Sequence record: OR413581.1
DNA length: 64,000 nt
Reading direction: 5' to 3' (one strand)
Shown: piece after piece, positions 9,175-18,735 of the stretch
How positions within the stretch are numbered: position 1 is the first letter of the stretch
Layout of the letters: every line of letters begins with the position of its first letter
The notes under the pieces: model-generated
Databases searched by the model: none
What the model saw: the letters and a program-made list of their open reading frames with translations, nothing else
What the model was told of the DNA's origin: nothing
Made by a program: the position numbers and the translations under genes

Positions 9175-10014
9175 ATGGCTTTATATAGTCTGTCTCAGCG
9201 ACAATATCTGTACGATGCGATTAATGCCGAAAACCCGGATGCTGTTCTACCGATGGGTTTAGACAATGCTATCATCGGTACGCCGAAAGCAATCACACCG
9301 ACAGCAAGCGGTGCCAACACCGAGATTATCATTCGTGGTCGTCAAGGTCGTGGCTATATCGGTCCTCAGACGTTCCGTTATAAGCGCTTGTCGCTGAACG
9401 ACTTATTTAAGAACATGACACCTCAGGTAACTGCACCGAATGCCTACGGTTGGTTGAACGTGGAGTCGAAACGTACTGCGTTTGCGCAGAACCTGAACGG
9501 TCGTTATGGATTAAACCTGGTTGCAGATGATATCCCAGAACAATACGTTTATCTGAACGTAAACAACACGATGCGTATTAACGCTAGCTGTATCCAATAC
9601 ACTGGCAGCATCACCTTTATGTCTATCCGGGGTAAGAATAGTCTCGAAGACCTCGTGGTAAACGACATCTTGTCGGCTTTGAACCACCCTGCAGCAGCAA
9701 GCACTGGTAAGAAATACATGGGCTTCTTGACGTACGGGGAAGACTTTACTGATGAAGTGCAGGTTATGGCCTCGTTTAAGAACGGGCGAATGGACGTAGG
9801 AAGTAACTTTGATTTGGGTTACACGTCCAATCTGATGGCCACATTGGTCGCACGTGGGGTACCGTCGTTTGATCCGACGAACTGCACAATTACCCGCTAC
9901 AAAACGAGTGAGTTGGCAACCGCCAATAAAGCGTACGATAATGTATTGCTGATTACCGGCATTCAGAACGACCCGAAAGTAATCGGCGAGTGTATGTTGC
10001 ACTACAACAACTAG
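9175..10014 (+). CDS. virion structural protein, paralogue family A
   Basis: GAGGAGG RBS before ATG 9175; ANTEIIIRG..GYIG..YKR; ends GECMLHYNN. Confidence 0.8.
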   Translation: MALYSLSQRQYLYDAINAENPDAVLPMGLDNAIIGTPKAITPTASGANTEIIIRGRQGRGYIGPQTFRYKRLSLNDLFKNMTPQVTAPNAYGWLNVESKRTAFAQNLNGRYGLNLVADDIPEQYVYLNVNNTMRINASCIQYTGSITFMSIRGKNSLEDLVVNDILSALNHPAAASTGKKYMGFLTYGEDFTDEVQVMASFKNGRMDVGSNFDLGYTSNLMATLVARGVPSFDPTNCTITRYKTSELATANKAYDNVLLITGIQNDPKVIGECMLHYNN

Positions 10015-10024
10015 GAATTAGCGA

Positions 10025-10912
10025 ATGGCTATTTATCAACCTTCTAAAGACGTCCTGTTGGCAGCAGTGAACGCACAGAACTCGCTTGCTGTTAAGATGA
10101 CTGACATCATCTGGTCCTCGCCAAAGGACATCCGTGGTACGGAGAAGGAAACGCTGACTAACCGTAACACGCAAATTAAAATTACGGCAGATGGGGTAAC
10201 GGGCTCTACCTGGTCGGGTAAGAAAAATGTCTTCTACAACCGCATGAAAGTCGAAGACTTGTTAGTGTTGATTGGTGACACGTTGGCGATCGGCCCATCC
10301 AACGAAACCTTGTATGCGGCCATTCCTGGACTGAACCAACGTTACGGTTTTGTTCTGGAAGAAGCTGACCTGCAGGACGCAGATATCGAATGGAACGGTG
10401 ATAAGACCGAAGGTACTGTGCGTGTTGTTGCACATCCAGAGTCTATCGGTTGGGTTGGACAGGCGACATTTAAAGTCGTGAAAGGCGATGAGTCGTTAGT
10501 CTCTGCGGTCACCACTAACGTCCTGACCGGTCTGAAATACCCGAACGGTCAGATGGGTTCTGAAACGGTTAGCGCAATCATTGCGGAAGTTTACTCCTAT
10601 CCGTTCAACTTCACTAAGCACCACGATGCACTGATGGCGTTCACGCCAGGTATTCTGTCTGGCCAACCACTGACCGATATGGTTAACCTGCTGAAAGACG
10701 TCACAGGTGCCGCGTGGGTGGCAACCACTGCAGCGTCTTACGGATTGGCGGGTGCTGAGGTTATCAGTGTTGGTCTGAACGACCCTGTTGCGATGCCGAC
10801 GAACGCGAAGTACAAGTATGCACTGGTGCTGAAACTGCCGGTAACCTGCACGAATATCGTCGGTACGTTGTATCTCCAGTTCAACGAGCTGGATGACCCA
10901 AGCGAGGTGTAA
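10025..10912 (+). CDS. virion structural protein, paralogue family A
   Basis: NRNTQIKI..FYNR; VTTNVLTGLKYP; CTNIVGTLYLQFN. Confidence 0.8.
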   Translation: MAIYQPSKDVLLAAVNAQNSLAVKMTDIIWSSPKDIRGTEKETLTNRNTQIKITADGVTGSTWSGKKNVFYNRMKVEDLLVLIGDTLAIGPSNETLYAAIPGLNQRYGFVLEEADLQDADIEWNGDKTEGTVRVVAHPESIGWVGQATFKVVKGDESLVSAVTTNVLTGLKYPNGQMGSETVSAIIAEVYSYPFNFTKHHDALMAFTPGILSGQPLTDMVNLLKDVTGAAWVATTAASYGLAGAEVISVGLNDPVAMPTNAKYKYALVLKLPVTCTNIVGTLYLQFNELDDPSEV

Positions 10913-10915
10913 CTG

Positions 10916-11743
10916 ATGATCAACTATGCTAAGCCGTCAAACGAGTTGGTCTTTGACCTCATCAACCGCGATAACCCAGACCTGCCGGTCAAAGTGTCCC
11001 CGGCTAACTGCTACGTCGAAAAGGTCACGAAGGTAGCAGTTAACGCTGCCTCTAATAACCGCAACACCTCGGCTCGTTTGCGAGGTATTCAAGGTTCTGG
11101 TTTCCGTGACGCAATTACGGTTTATTACGATCGTGTGGACTTGGCACGTCTCTTGCCGTGGGGAACTAACGCAAACGCCCAATTCGTCACATTCGACGCA
11201 CCAAACCTGCACGCAGCGTTCTCGGTTCTACTCGATACTTACGGGGTTAACTTTTCGGCGGTTGATCTTAGCAACTACTCGTTGGGTGGTATCAGTACCC
11301 CGAACTATACCAGCACGGTACCGATAATTGCGACGACTGCTTCCCCGGCGTACGTAGGGTCGACGGGACTTCGTTATAACCGTGGTCTGCCGGTACTGGA
11401 TACGTCTATCAAGGACGAAGTCCTGAATGCTATCCAGGAACCTATCTCGCCTGCGCTAGGTAAGAAGTGCATCGACCTGTTGACGTACGGTATTGATTTT
11501 ACGGCGTATAAGAACCTGCTCACTGTGGATGCCTCAGGTTTACCACAATGGGCGGGTTTGCGTAAAGTGCTGGACGATTTAGGCATCCCGAACTACGCGG
11601 GGCCACTGAACAGCAACACCGTTCAGGATGTGCCGACTTCCACCGCTCAGTTCGCTAACAAATCGTACGACCGTGTGGTTATCCAAACGGGTATCGATGA
11701 GGAAGGCGTGAAAGGCGTGGCGTACTACCACTATAACAGCTAA
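10916..11743 (+). CDS. virion structural protein, paralogue family A
   Basis: NRNTSARL..ITVYYDR; ends GVAYYHYN. Confidence 0.8.
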   Translation: MINYAKPSNELVFDLINRDNPDLPVKVSPANCYVEKVTKVAVNAASNNRNTSARLRGIQGSGFRDAITVYYDRVDLARLLPWGTNANAQFVTFDAPNLHAAFSVLLDTYGVNFSAVDLSNYSLGGISTPNYTSTVPIIATTASPAYVGSTGLRYNRGLPVLDTSIKDEVLNAIQEPISPALGKKCIDLLTYGIDFTAYKNLLTVDASGLPQWAGLRKVLDDLGIPNYAGPLNSNTVQDVPTSTAQFANKSYDRVVIQTGIDEEGVKGVAYYHYNS

Positions 11744-11748
11744 GTGTA

Positions 11749-11773
11749 GGGGCTCTTCGGAGCCCCATCTTTT
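11749..11773 (+). terminator. rho-independent terminator
   Basis: GGGGCTC-TTCG-GAGCCCC-ATCTTTT. Confidence 0.75.
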
Positions 11774-11790
11774 GGCGATGCGGAGTCCCT

Positions 11791-13203
11791 ATGCTATTTT
11801 ACTCGAAGGAGTCGGCACTGCTTGTATACGACCAGGTCAATCGGGATAACCCTGATTTAGTTGTTAAGCTGACGCCGGCTATCGCTGCTTTAACCGGTGG
11901 CCCAACCTCAGTTACGTTAAACCAACGTAACACCAAAGCTGTTTTCACCGGGTATCCAGGGACAGGTGTACAAGGTAATGTTACCGTGTACTACGACCGG
12001 ATTAACCTGGCCACTTTATTTAATTTTGTACCGACTGTGGCTATCAAAGACACAGTCTTAACGGTACGAGATGCGCTACCTGCAATAAACGACGCATTAG
12101 GACTTACATTAGTTGCGTCAGACTTGCAGTCACCTGACGCAAGTCTACCTAAACCGAGCGCTTCGCCGCAGACGTTGAAATTAAATATCTCAGGTAATTG
12201 TCCTGCGTTTACAGGCAGCTTAACAATAAGTTACACCGTTCCGAGCGGCGCATTTTACCGTGATTCCGGACCTGGCCCTAAAACTTTGCTACAAGGTAAC
12301 ACCGTTGCGGGTTACTTCGGAACGACAACCACTGCAGAGTTGTTTACGCATTATCAGTTTATTAATGCCGTTCTAACGCCCGCATCACTACCACCGCTGT
12401 ATTCGGGTCCTGAGGGATGGTATAAATTCTTTTACCAAGGTAAAGTTATTTACCTCTCTATTAGCCCGGTAGCCAGTTCTATCTCCTGGAATACGCTGTA
12501 TGCAAACGGGCTCGTCTACGGAACAGACGACAACGGTAAGTACCCCGCTGCCACGCCTGTTAACCAGGGACGTATCATCGACTTCACGGGTCCGGACAAC
12601 AAAAAGTTTTACTTCCGCGCACGTTTACCGAGCGCTGGGAAAGACCCGTATGTCCCTGGCACCCCAACTGCTGCGGAGCTGGCGGGTAGCGAGTTTGAGA
12701 TGTTCAACTTCCTGTATAACGGAACATGGGCAAAGTTGACCAACAGCCACTGGGCTTTATTCTGTCTGTTAAAAGACACGTTAAGCACCACCACTGCAAA
12801 CCACCGCATGGCAACGTTGTCTGGAGCCAGTTGGACAAACTTAGGAAAATCGTCGAGCGCAGGCAACTACTACTGGTTCCCGGTGTTAGAGTTGGTGGAT
12901 AAGTCCACGGTTACCTTGGGCTTAGAAGATATCCACGGCGCGGTAGATTACAGCCTCCAACCGTGCAGCGTGTCCGCAGAAAACACGTTTAGTCTCAAGC
13001 CGTTGGTGCTCGGTAATCCAGATACTACCGATTTCGAACCGGTAGTTGTTACTTCAGAAAACAGTTTCGCACTGCATCCGCCTGCTTTAATGCTACCGAA
13101 GACAGTCGATTTCCAACCTATTGCGGCTACCGCTGAAATGTATACGCCACCCGACAAGACATCGTTAACGTCTCTTAACGGTGAACTGGACGGCTTTAAG
13201 TAG
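11791..13203 (+). CDS. fibre-like structural protein, cassette 1 gene A
   Basis: Family A N-domain + GPGP..G.FG..ELF domain + 26-aa repeats + NGELDGF C-terminus. Confidence 0.8.
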   Translation: MLFYSKESALLVYDQVNRDNPDLVVKLTPAIAALTGGPTSVTLNQRNTKAVFTGYPGTGVQGNVTVYYDRINLATLFNFVPTVAIKDTVLTVRDALPAINDALGLTLVASDLQSPDASLPKPSASPQTLKLNISGNCPAFTGSLTISYTVPSGAFYRDSGPGPKTLLQGNTVAGYFGTTTTAELFTHYQFINAVLTPASLPPLYSGPEGWYKFFYQGKVIYLSISPVASSISWNTLYANGLVYGTDDNGKYPAATPVNQGRIIDFTGPDNKKFYFRARLPSAGKDPYVPGTPTAAELAGSEFEMFNFLYNGTWAKLTNSHWALFCLLKDTLSTTTANHRMATLSGASWTNLGKSSSAGNYYWFPVLELVDKSTVTLGLEDIHGAVDYSLQPCSVSAENTFSLKPLVLGNPDTTDFEPVVVTSENSFALHPPALMLPKTVDFQPIAATAEMYTPPDKTSLTSLNGELDGFK

Positions 13204-13214
13204 AGGTATCATCC

Positions 13215-14213
13215 ATGTCTTTTACTTTGCGTTGGAAAAATCCAAACGTAATCTCTACGGTAGTAAAAATCTACCGTGATGTTAAAGATATCACACCAAG
13301 CGCTTTGCCTGAACCGATTGCAACGCTCTCAAATGGCGAGACAGAATGGCGTGATACCACCGCCACACCAGGCGCAACCTATTATTACCTTCTGACGGTA
13401 ACCGCCAACGGTAAAACAGTGGCATCGTCTAGCCAGAAATACACCATTGAGATAAAGCGTGGGATTGGCCCAATGACTATTCTAAACGGTAACGACAGTT
13501 TAGGGTTTATGGGTGCGGTTCCTTACGACGAACAATGGCTTCCGTCGCAAATGCCGCCTGCATTTTTGGCGATGTTCCCTAATCTATTAACCGATCGTGT
13601 GGCGTTGTATAAATTTACCCGAAACGGGAAGATCTATTACATGCTATCTAACACGTCGCAGTTCCCGAATACGCCTGTGGACTGGGCTTCCCTCTATCAA
13701 GCTGGTTTAGTCTATGGTACGGGCGATGCTGGCCCAGAGAACGGCCATGGAACGCTACCGGCCACTCCACAAGACGCTAAGATAGTCCACAAAGGGGATA
13801 CGTACATTATGCGTCTTCCTCGCGGCCTGACGACGTCTAGCGAGCCTCCTGCGTATCCTTTCGTAGCTGACTATAATGGGAAAACCCATGATGAAATCGC
13901 TTCTCTAACCAACCCGTGTGAGTATAACGATTTACTTTACACGATGGTTAACGAGGTGCCGAAGAAACAGCGTTGGGCTAACTGGGCAACAATCGGTTAT
14001 ACTTATCTGGGACAGGGTACTTTGGGAACCTTGGCACAGTATTTCGGCGGTGGTGTTCTCTGTATGGAACACGATACCGCGGAAGACCGTGTGCTCCATC
14101 GTGGTATTTTTAACAATGCCGGTGGAACACCCGTATCCACGATTCAGCGTATAAACTATTTATCACCCACCACGAAAGGGCGCTACTACCCTATCTTTGA
14201 ACTGGTCGAGTAA
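13215..14213 (+). CDS. FN3/Ig-like + GPGP-domain protein, cassette 1 gene B
   Basis: FTLRW..P..IYR..EWRD...PGATYYY resembles FN3; paralogue of 16669. Confidence 0.75.
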   Translation: MSFTLRWKNPNVISTVVKIYRDVKDITPSALPEPIATLSNGETEWRDTTATPGATYYYLLTVTANGKTVASSSQKYTIEIKRGIGPMTILNGNDSLGFMGAVPYDEQWLPSQMPPAFLAMFPNLLTDRVALYKFTRNGKIYYMLSNTSQFPNTPVDWASLYQAGLVYGTGDAGPENGHGTLPATPQDAKIVHKGDTYIMRLPRGLTTSSEPPAYPFVADYNGKTHDEIASLTNPCEYNDLLYTMVNEVPKKQRWANWATIGYTYLGQGTLGTLAQYFGGGVLCMEHDTAEDRVLHRGIFNNAGGTPVSTIQRINYLSPTTKGRYYPIFELVE

Positions 14214-14222
14214 GGGGCAGTC

Positions 14223-15146
14223 ATGACTATACGGTTAAGCTGGCCGTCCCAAGCCAGCAAAGGTCTTACCGCGATTGAAATCTACCGCAAGGAAGGATGG
14301 AACGCAACAATCGACGTTTACAACCCAGGCACACCCCACGCCACCTTATCCGGTAGCGCGGTAGAGTTCGTAGATAATATCGATACCCTGACGAAGAATA
14401 CAACTTATCGTTACTGGGTAGCTGCTGTGAAAGATAATGAACGACTTATCGGCAATCCGATTACGCAAGGGTTCTATCCGGACACTGGACCGGGGCCACA
14501 AACTATTTTGCGTGGCGATTGGGCGTCAGGCTATTTCGGTACGGTATCTAATACCGAGTTCTTTAATACTGCCGAGTTAAAACTCATGTTAACCGCGCAG
14601 CAGGGAAACATGTTTACTTACGACCCTCAGGAATGGCACAAGTTTATTTTCCGTGGGCGAATTGTCTTCTTCCCAGCGACGATGCATTCGAAAAGCAACT
14701 CGGTACAAATGGCGTATCAGTACGGCATGATGTACGGGACCGATGATGTCGGAAGTATTGTTCCGCAGGGAGCCACGGCGACTAAACAAGATTGTAAGGT
14801 CACGAAGGATGGTCGTACGTACCGTATCCGATTACCTTACGCAGTCCCGTACGACGCGGCACTCTCAGGACAGGATTACAACAACGGTGAATGGCGAAAC
14901 ACAATGGGCCGTTTGTATCCTGTCGGTGCACAGTACGCAGCCCTCGGTCTTGGTGCGATTGACTCACTTGAAAGACAAGGCGCGACTGCGCAGCCGAATG
15001 AGTCAGGTGCCGCTGTATTAGCTCCTTTGTGGAGCAACAACATATTCGCTTATGCGTATGGCACCGTGCCTATGGGGATTAGTAACACCGCAGGTGTCGG
15101 GAACTCGGCCACGATATTCTTTGCTTTTGAATTAGTCTTACCGTAA
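14223..15146 (+). CDS. FN3/Ig-like + GPGP-domain protein, cassette 1 gene C
   Basis: IEIYRK..NTTYRYWVAAVKD; DTGPGPQ..GYFG; paralogue of 17658. Confidence 0.75.
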   Translation: MTIRLSWPSQASKGLTAIEIYRKEGWNATIDVYNPGTPHATLSGSAVEFVDNIDTLTKNTTYRYWVAAVKDNERLIGNPITQGFYPDTGPGPQTILRGDWASGYFGTVSNTEFFNTAELKLMLTAQQGNMFTYDPQEWHKFIFRGRIVFFPATMHSKSNSVQMAYQYGMMYGTDDVGSIVPQGATATKQDCKVTKDGRTYRIRLPYAVPYDAALSGQDYNNGEWRNTMGRLYPVGAQYAALGLGAIDSLERQGATAQPNESGAAVLAPLWSNNIFAYAYGTVPMGISNTAGVGNSATIFFAFELVLP

Positions 15147-15159
15147 TGGAGTAAATACC

Positions 15160-16656
15160 ATGGGGTTGTATACAGAACCTTCAATGGAACTGCTCTGCCA
15201 ACAAATTGTGCGTGACAATCCCGGTTTAGCAGGAAAAATCACCCCTGACTCCATTGGGGTCAGGGGTGTTCCTGTTGCGAAAAACGTTAACGGACGAAAC
15301 ACTCAGATTACGTTGGTAGGAAAACCCGGTAAAGGATTTGCTGGGGAAATAACGGTATATTACGACCGGTTGAATCTGGCCAGTCTATTTAAGTCTGGCC
15401 CGAATATGGTGAGTATTCCACGTAGCGCACAAACCCATGCGGAAGCGTTACCGGCGTTCAATGAATTGAACGGGTTGAACTTAACCGCGAGTGACATCAC
15501 CAGTCCAAACGTTGCATTAATGAAATACGCTACGCCGGAAACTGTAACTCTGACGGCGCACGCTAACTCCTTGTGTTATACCGGGTCATGCAAGATGACC
15601 TATGTTTACGAACCGATTGCGATGTATCCGAAGTCGGGTCCTGGGCCAAAAGGATTAATGGCCGGTAATGAGTTATACGGATTCTTTGGGCTGGTAAGCG
15701 CGGAAGAGTTATTCACATCTGATGAAATGGTGTATGCCCTCTATAACGGCACCAACTGGCCTAACCGCTACGCTATCAAGTGGCTCAAATTCTTTCTGAA
15801 TGGGGCGGTAGTGTTTGTTCCGACCCGTGCGATTTGCAACGTTACCTGGGCAGACCTGTACAACAAGGGTGCAATATTTGATTCCGGAGACGCAGGACCT
15901 CGCCCGAAGTCGACTTACACACCTGTCGATGTTGAACAGTTGAAATACATGGTAAAACGGGATGATGAAGGAACGCATTATTTCAGAATGTCTATCCCGT
16001 ATTACACCGAGAACGCCGCCGCGCCTGATTGGAGTAAACCGCCGTCAATCACCTCTATCCTGTCACTGACCAGCAAATTGGGGTCGGTGAACGTATATGG
16101 GGAGTGGGGAACTCTTAGCACGACTGATGCTAACTTCCTGGATTACGTGTGGTTACGACACCAGTTCGGTGCCGACCAAGCGTATTACCAGTCTATCAGT
16201 GGGAGCTATCGTTCATACACCTACATCTACACCTCTTCTGGCTTTTGGCCAATCCTGGAGATGTTTGATGTTGCCAATGAACCTGTGCCGTTGATTGACG
16301 AAGGTGCAGAGCTAACATGGGCACCGTCCGTGGTTACTCTGACGGACATCGACCAAAATGAATCGCTTCGTGTGGTGCCTATTACGGAAACCTCCGCTGC
16401 AGCGAATCCACGTCCGTTAGTTTTCAACACCGACAACACCGAAACTGCCACCCCTGCCTGGCTGCGGGAAGCGTCATCAGACTCACCACGTCCTCTGCTT
16501 GCCGCGACGGACAATGATGAACGTGCATATTCCGTCGCGGTAACAGGCATGGCTAGCGTTAAGATTAGACCGATTATTCTCACGACTGACCAAATCGCCC
16601 AACCTTCAAAAATTACTCTGGGCGATACTAACGGTGAGTTGGATGGATTCCAATAA
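15160..16656 (+). CDS. fibre-like structural protein, cassette 2 gene A
   Basis: Same architecture as 11791 including 26-aa repeats and NGELDGF end. Confidence 0.8.
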   Translation: MGLYTEPSMELLCQQIVRDNPGLAGKITPDSIGVRGVPVAKNVNGRNTQITLVGKPGKGFAGEITVYYDRLNLASLFKSGPNMVSIPRSAQTHAEALPAFNELNGLNLTASDITSPNVALMKYATPETVTLTAHANSLCYTGSCKMTYVYEPIAMYPKSGPGPKGLMAGNELYGFFGLVSAEELFTSDEMVYALYNGTNWPNRYAIKWLKFFLNGAVVFVPTRAICNVTWADLYNKGAIFDSGDAGPRPKSTYTPVDVEQLKYMVKRDDEGTHYFRMSIPYYTENAAAPDWSKPPSITSILSLTSKLGSVNVYGEWGTLSTTDANFLDYVWLRHQFGADQAYYQSISGSYRSYTYIYTSSGFWPILEMFDVANEPVPLIDEGAELTWAPSVVTLTDIDQNESLRVVPITETSAAANPRPLVFNTDNTETATPAWLREASSDSPRPLLAATDNDERAYSVAVTGMASVKIRPIILTTDQIAQPSKITLGDTNGELDGFQ

Positions 16657-16668
16657 GAGGTAACGACA

Positions 16669-17655
16669 ATGGCTTTTACAATTCGTTGGACGAACAATAA
16701 CCCTGGGGCTTCGACCGTGAAGCTGTACCGCGACACCAAACCTCTGGTGCGTGCGGCATTACCTGAACCCCTGGCAACGTTCACTAACGGGGAAACTGAG
16801 TATACTGACCGAACAGCGATACTGGGGACAACGTATTACTACATGACCACCGTGACAGTGGGAAGTCGGACACTGTTCAGTCCGCAGAAATCAATTCTGA
16901 TTCAGAACCGTCGCGGTATCGGCATCGTGGCTCCACAGTACGGTGATGACCGCTTTGCGTATTACGGGTACGTGACGTACGGTGAATTACCTAGCGCGGG
17001 TGATTATCCGCCAGGGTTTGTGGCCCTTTCTGGATACGACCCAACTGTTAAGCCGGGCTTGATGAAGTTCCAGCTAGACGGTAAAATTCTGTATCTGTTT
17101 AGTGGTCTTCGTGTGAACGGCAACACGCTGTATAGCCGTGATGCGATTTATAACGCGGGTTTGCTGTACGGTGTGGCGGGACCTGGTCCGGAAGGCGGTC
17201 ATGGTGATTTACCTGACGTTGACCAGGCTGGGGAGTTTACGTGGTTGGGTGACCGCTATCGGATGCGCCTGCTGCGCGGGTTAACGCTCGACAGTGAAAG
17301 CCCGGTCATGGCACTCGACGCACAGTGGAACGGTAAACTCCATGACGAGTCGCCGTATACTGCCGATAGCGAATACAACCGACTCATCTATGGGATAAGT
17401 AGCTGGTTCCCAGAAAAGAAAAAAGTGATGTCCCTGATAAAGTGGTCGAACACCAGCATATTCGGAAGTGGATCGCTGGTGGCAGGCCGTGGGGCGCATT
17501 GTCAGGAGTTTGACCCAGACAGTAAGTTGGGGCTGACGCGCGGATGGGCGGCGGCGGATTCCACTGATACCGTGGATAACCTCCAGCGTATACAACATGT
17601 CCCTGGTGCGACCGGCGGTATTTGGATTCCAGTAATCGAGCTTATCGAGGATTAA
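16669..17655 (+). CDS. FN3/Ig-like protein, cassette 2 gene B
   Basis: MAFTIRWTN..LPEPLAT..NGETEY, collinear with 13215. Confidence 0.75.
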   Translation: MAFTIRWTNNNPGASTVKLYRDTKPLVRAALPEPLATFTNGETEYTDRTAILGTTYYYMTTVTVGSRTLFSPQKSILIQNRRGIGIVAPQYGDDRFAYYGYVTYGELPSAGDYPPGFVALSGYDPTVKPGLMKFQLDGKILYLFSGLRVNGNTLYSRDAIYNAGLLYGVAGPGPEGGHGDLPDVDQAGEFTWLGDRYRMRLLRGLTLDSESPVMALDAQWNGKLHDESPYTADSEYNRLIYGISSWFPEKKKVMSLIKWSNTSIFGSGSLVAGRGAHCQEFDPDSKLGLTRGWAAADSTDTVDNLQRIQHVPGATGGIWIPVIELIED

Positions 17656-17657
17656 TC

Positions 17658-18557
17658 ATGCCTATTACATTAAACTTTGCACAACGGAAGCCACAGGCGC
17701 TCGATAACATTGAAATCTATCGCAAGACGCCGGGCAACGCCACCATTGATGTTAATGCACCGGGAACGCCTCTGGCAACCCTTCCGGGTGACGCTACATC
17801 GTACGAAGACAACGCTGTGGAAAACAACACCACTTACCGTTATTGGATAGCTGCGGTTAAAGACGGTGAGCGTGTCTTCAACACCCCTACCGCCCAAGGG
17901 TTCTTTTTAGACACCGGGCCTGGCCCCCAGAAGCTGTTATACGGCGACTGGCACGCTGGATACTTTGGAACAGTAACGCCAGCAGAGTTATTCACTAACA
18001 CGGAACTGAACAGCCTCGTGGTGAATATGTTCAGTTCCGCCGTTGGTGCCTGGCATAAGTTCATTTACAAAAACCGTATTCTGTTTATGTCCGATAACTC
18101 GATAATATACGCTAGCCCGCAGTTCATTTATAACCAGGGGATGATGTACGGCCAGGATGGCAATGGATATGTACCGAGCTGGGCTACTGCACGTAACCAA
18201 CGCCGCACGGTGGTGAAGAACGGTTACGAATACGTGGTGCGCTTGCCGTATTTGTTCGACTACAAATTCTGGACGTCTTACGTTGGAAGCGGTAACACTG
18301 AGTTGTATCTCGACGGTGAGTGGTTTAACACCTTCGCGCGCCTGTACAACTACAGTGGGCAGTTTCCGCGCTTTGACGACCTTCCGGTCGGTTCAATCGA
18401 TTCGGTTACTGCCCAACAATCTGCATTCTTTGCGGCTATGAATAACTCGTCCAGTCAGTGGTACAACCGTCCACCTTACCCAGAGTCGCCGACATGGAGT
18501 AACTACGGTACCACTACAGTGCGTTCTATTGCGGTACTTGAACTCGTTCTGCCTTAA
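17658..18557 (+). CDS. FN3/Ig-like protein, cassette 2 gene C
   Basis: GAGG RBS, ATG 17658; collinear with 14223; both end ELVLP. Confidence 0.75.
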   Translation: MPITLNFAQRKPQALDNIEIYRKTPGNATIDVNAPGTPLATLPGDATSYEDNAVENNTTYRYWIAAVKDGERVFNTPTAQGFFLDTGPGPQKLLYGDWHAGYFGTVTPAELFTNTELNSLVVNMFSSAVGAWHKFIYKNRILFMSDNSIIYASPQFIYNQGMMYGQDGNGYVPSWATARNQRRTVVKNGYEYVVRLPYLFDYKFWTSYVGSGNTELYLDGEWFNTFARLYNYSGQFPRFDDLPVGSIDSVTAQQSAFFAAMNNSSSQWYNRPPYPESPTWSNYGTTTVRSIAVLELVLP

Positions 18558-18568
18558 CAGGAGACTTC

Positions 18569-18661
18569 ATGGGATTGTATAGCGCACCCGAACTGGAATT
18601 ACTCTGCCAACAAGTCGTAAGGGATAACCCTGAACTCGCAGGAAGAATCAGCTGGAGTTAA
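18569..18661 (+). pseudogene. truncated relic of a third cassette gene A
   Basis: AGGAG RBS + MGLYSAPELELLCQQVVRDNPELAGRISWS* matches the N-terminus of 15160 (MGLYTEPSMELLCQQIVRDNPGLAGKI). Confidence 0.8.
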
Positions 18662-18690
18662 AGGGATAGCGTACTTCACCATAACAGCTA

Positions 18691-18724
18691 AAAATAGGCC
18701 CTGAAGGGCCTATTTTCTTTTTTT
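18691..18724 (+). terminator. rho-independent terminator
   Basis: AAAATAGGCCC-TGAA-GGGCCTATTTT plus T tract. Confidence 0.85.
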
Positions 18725-18735
18725 AGGACGTTGCA

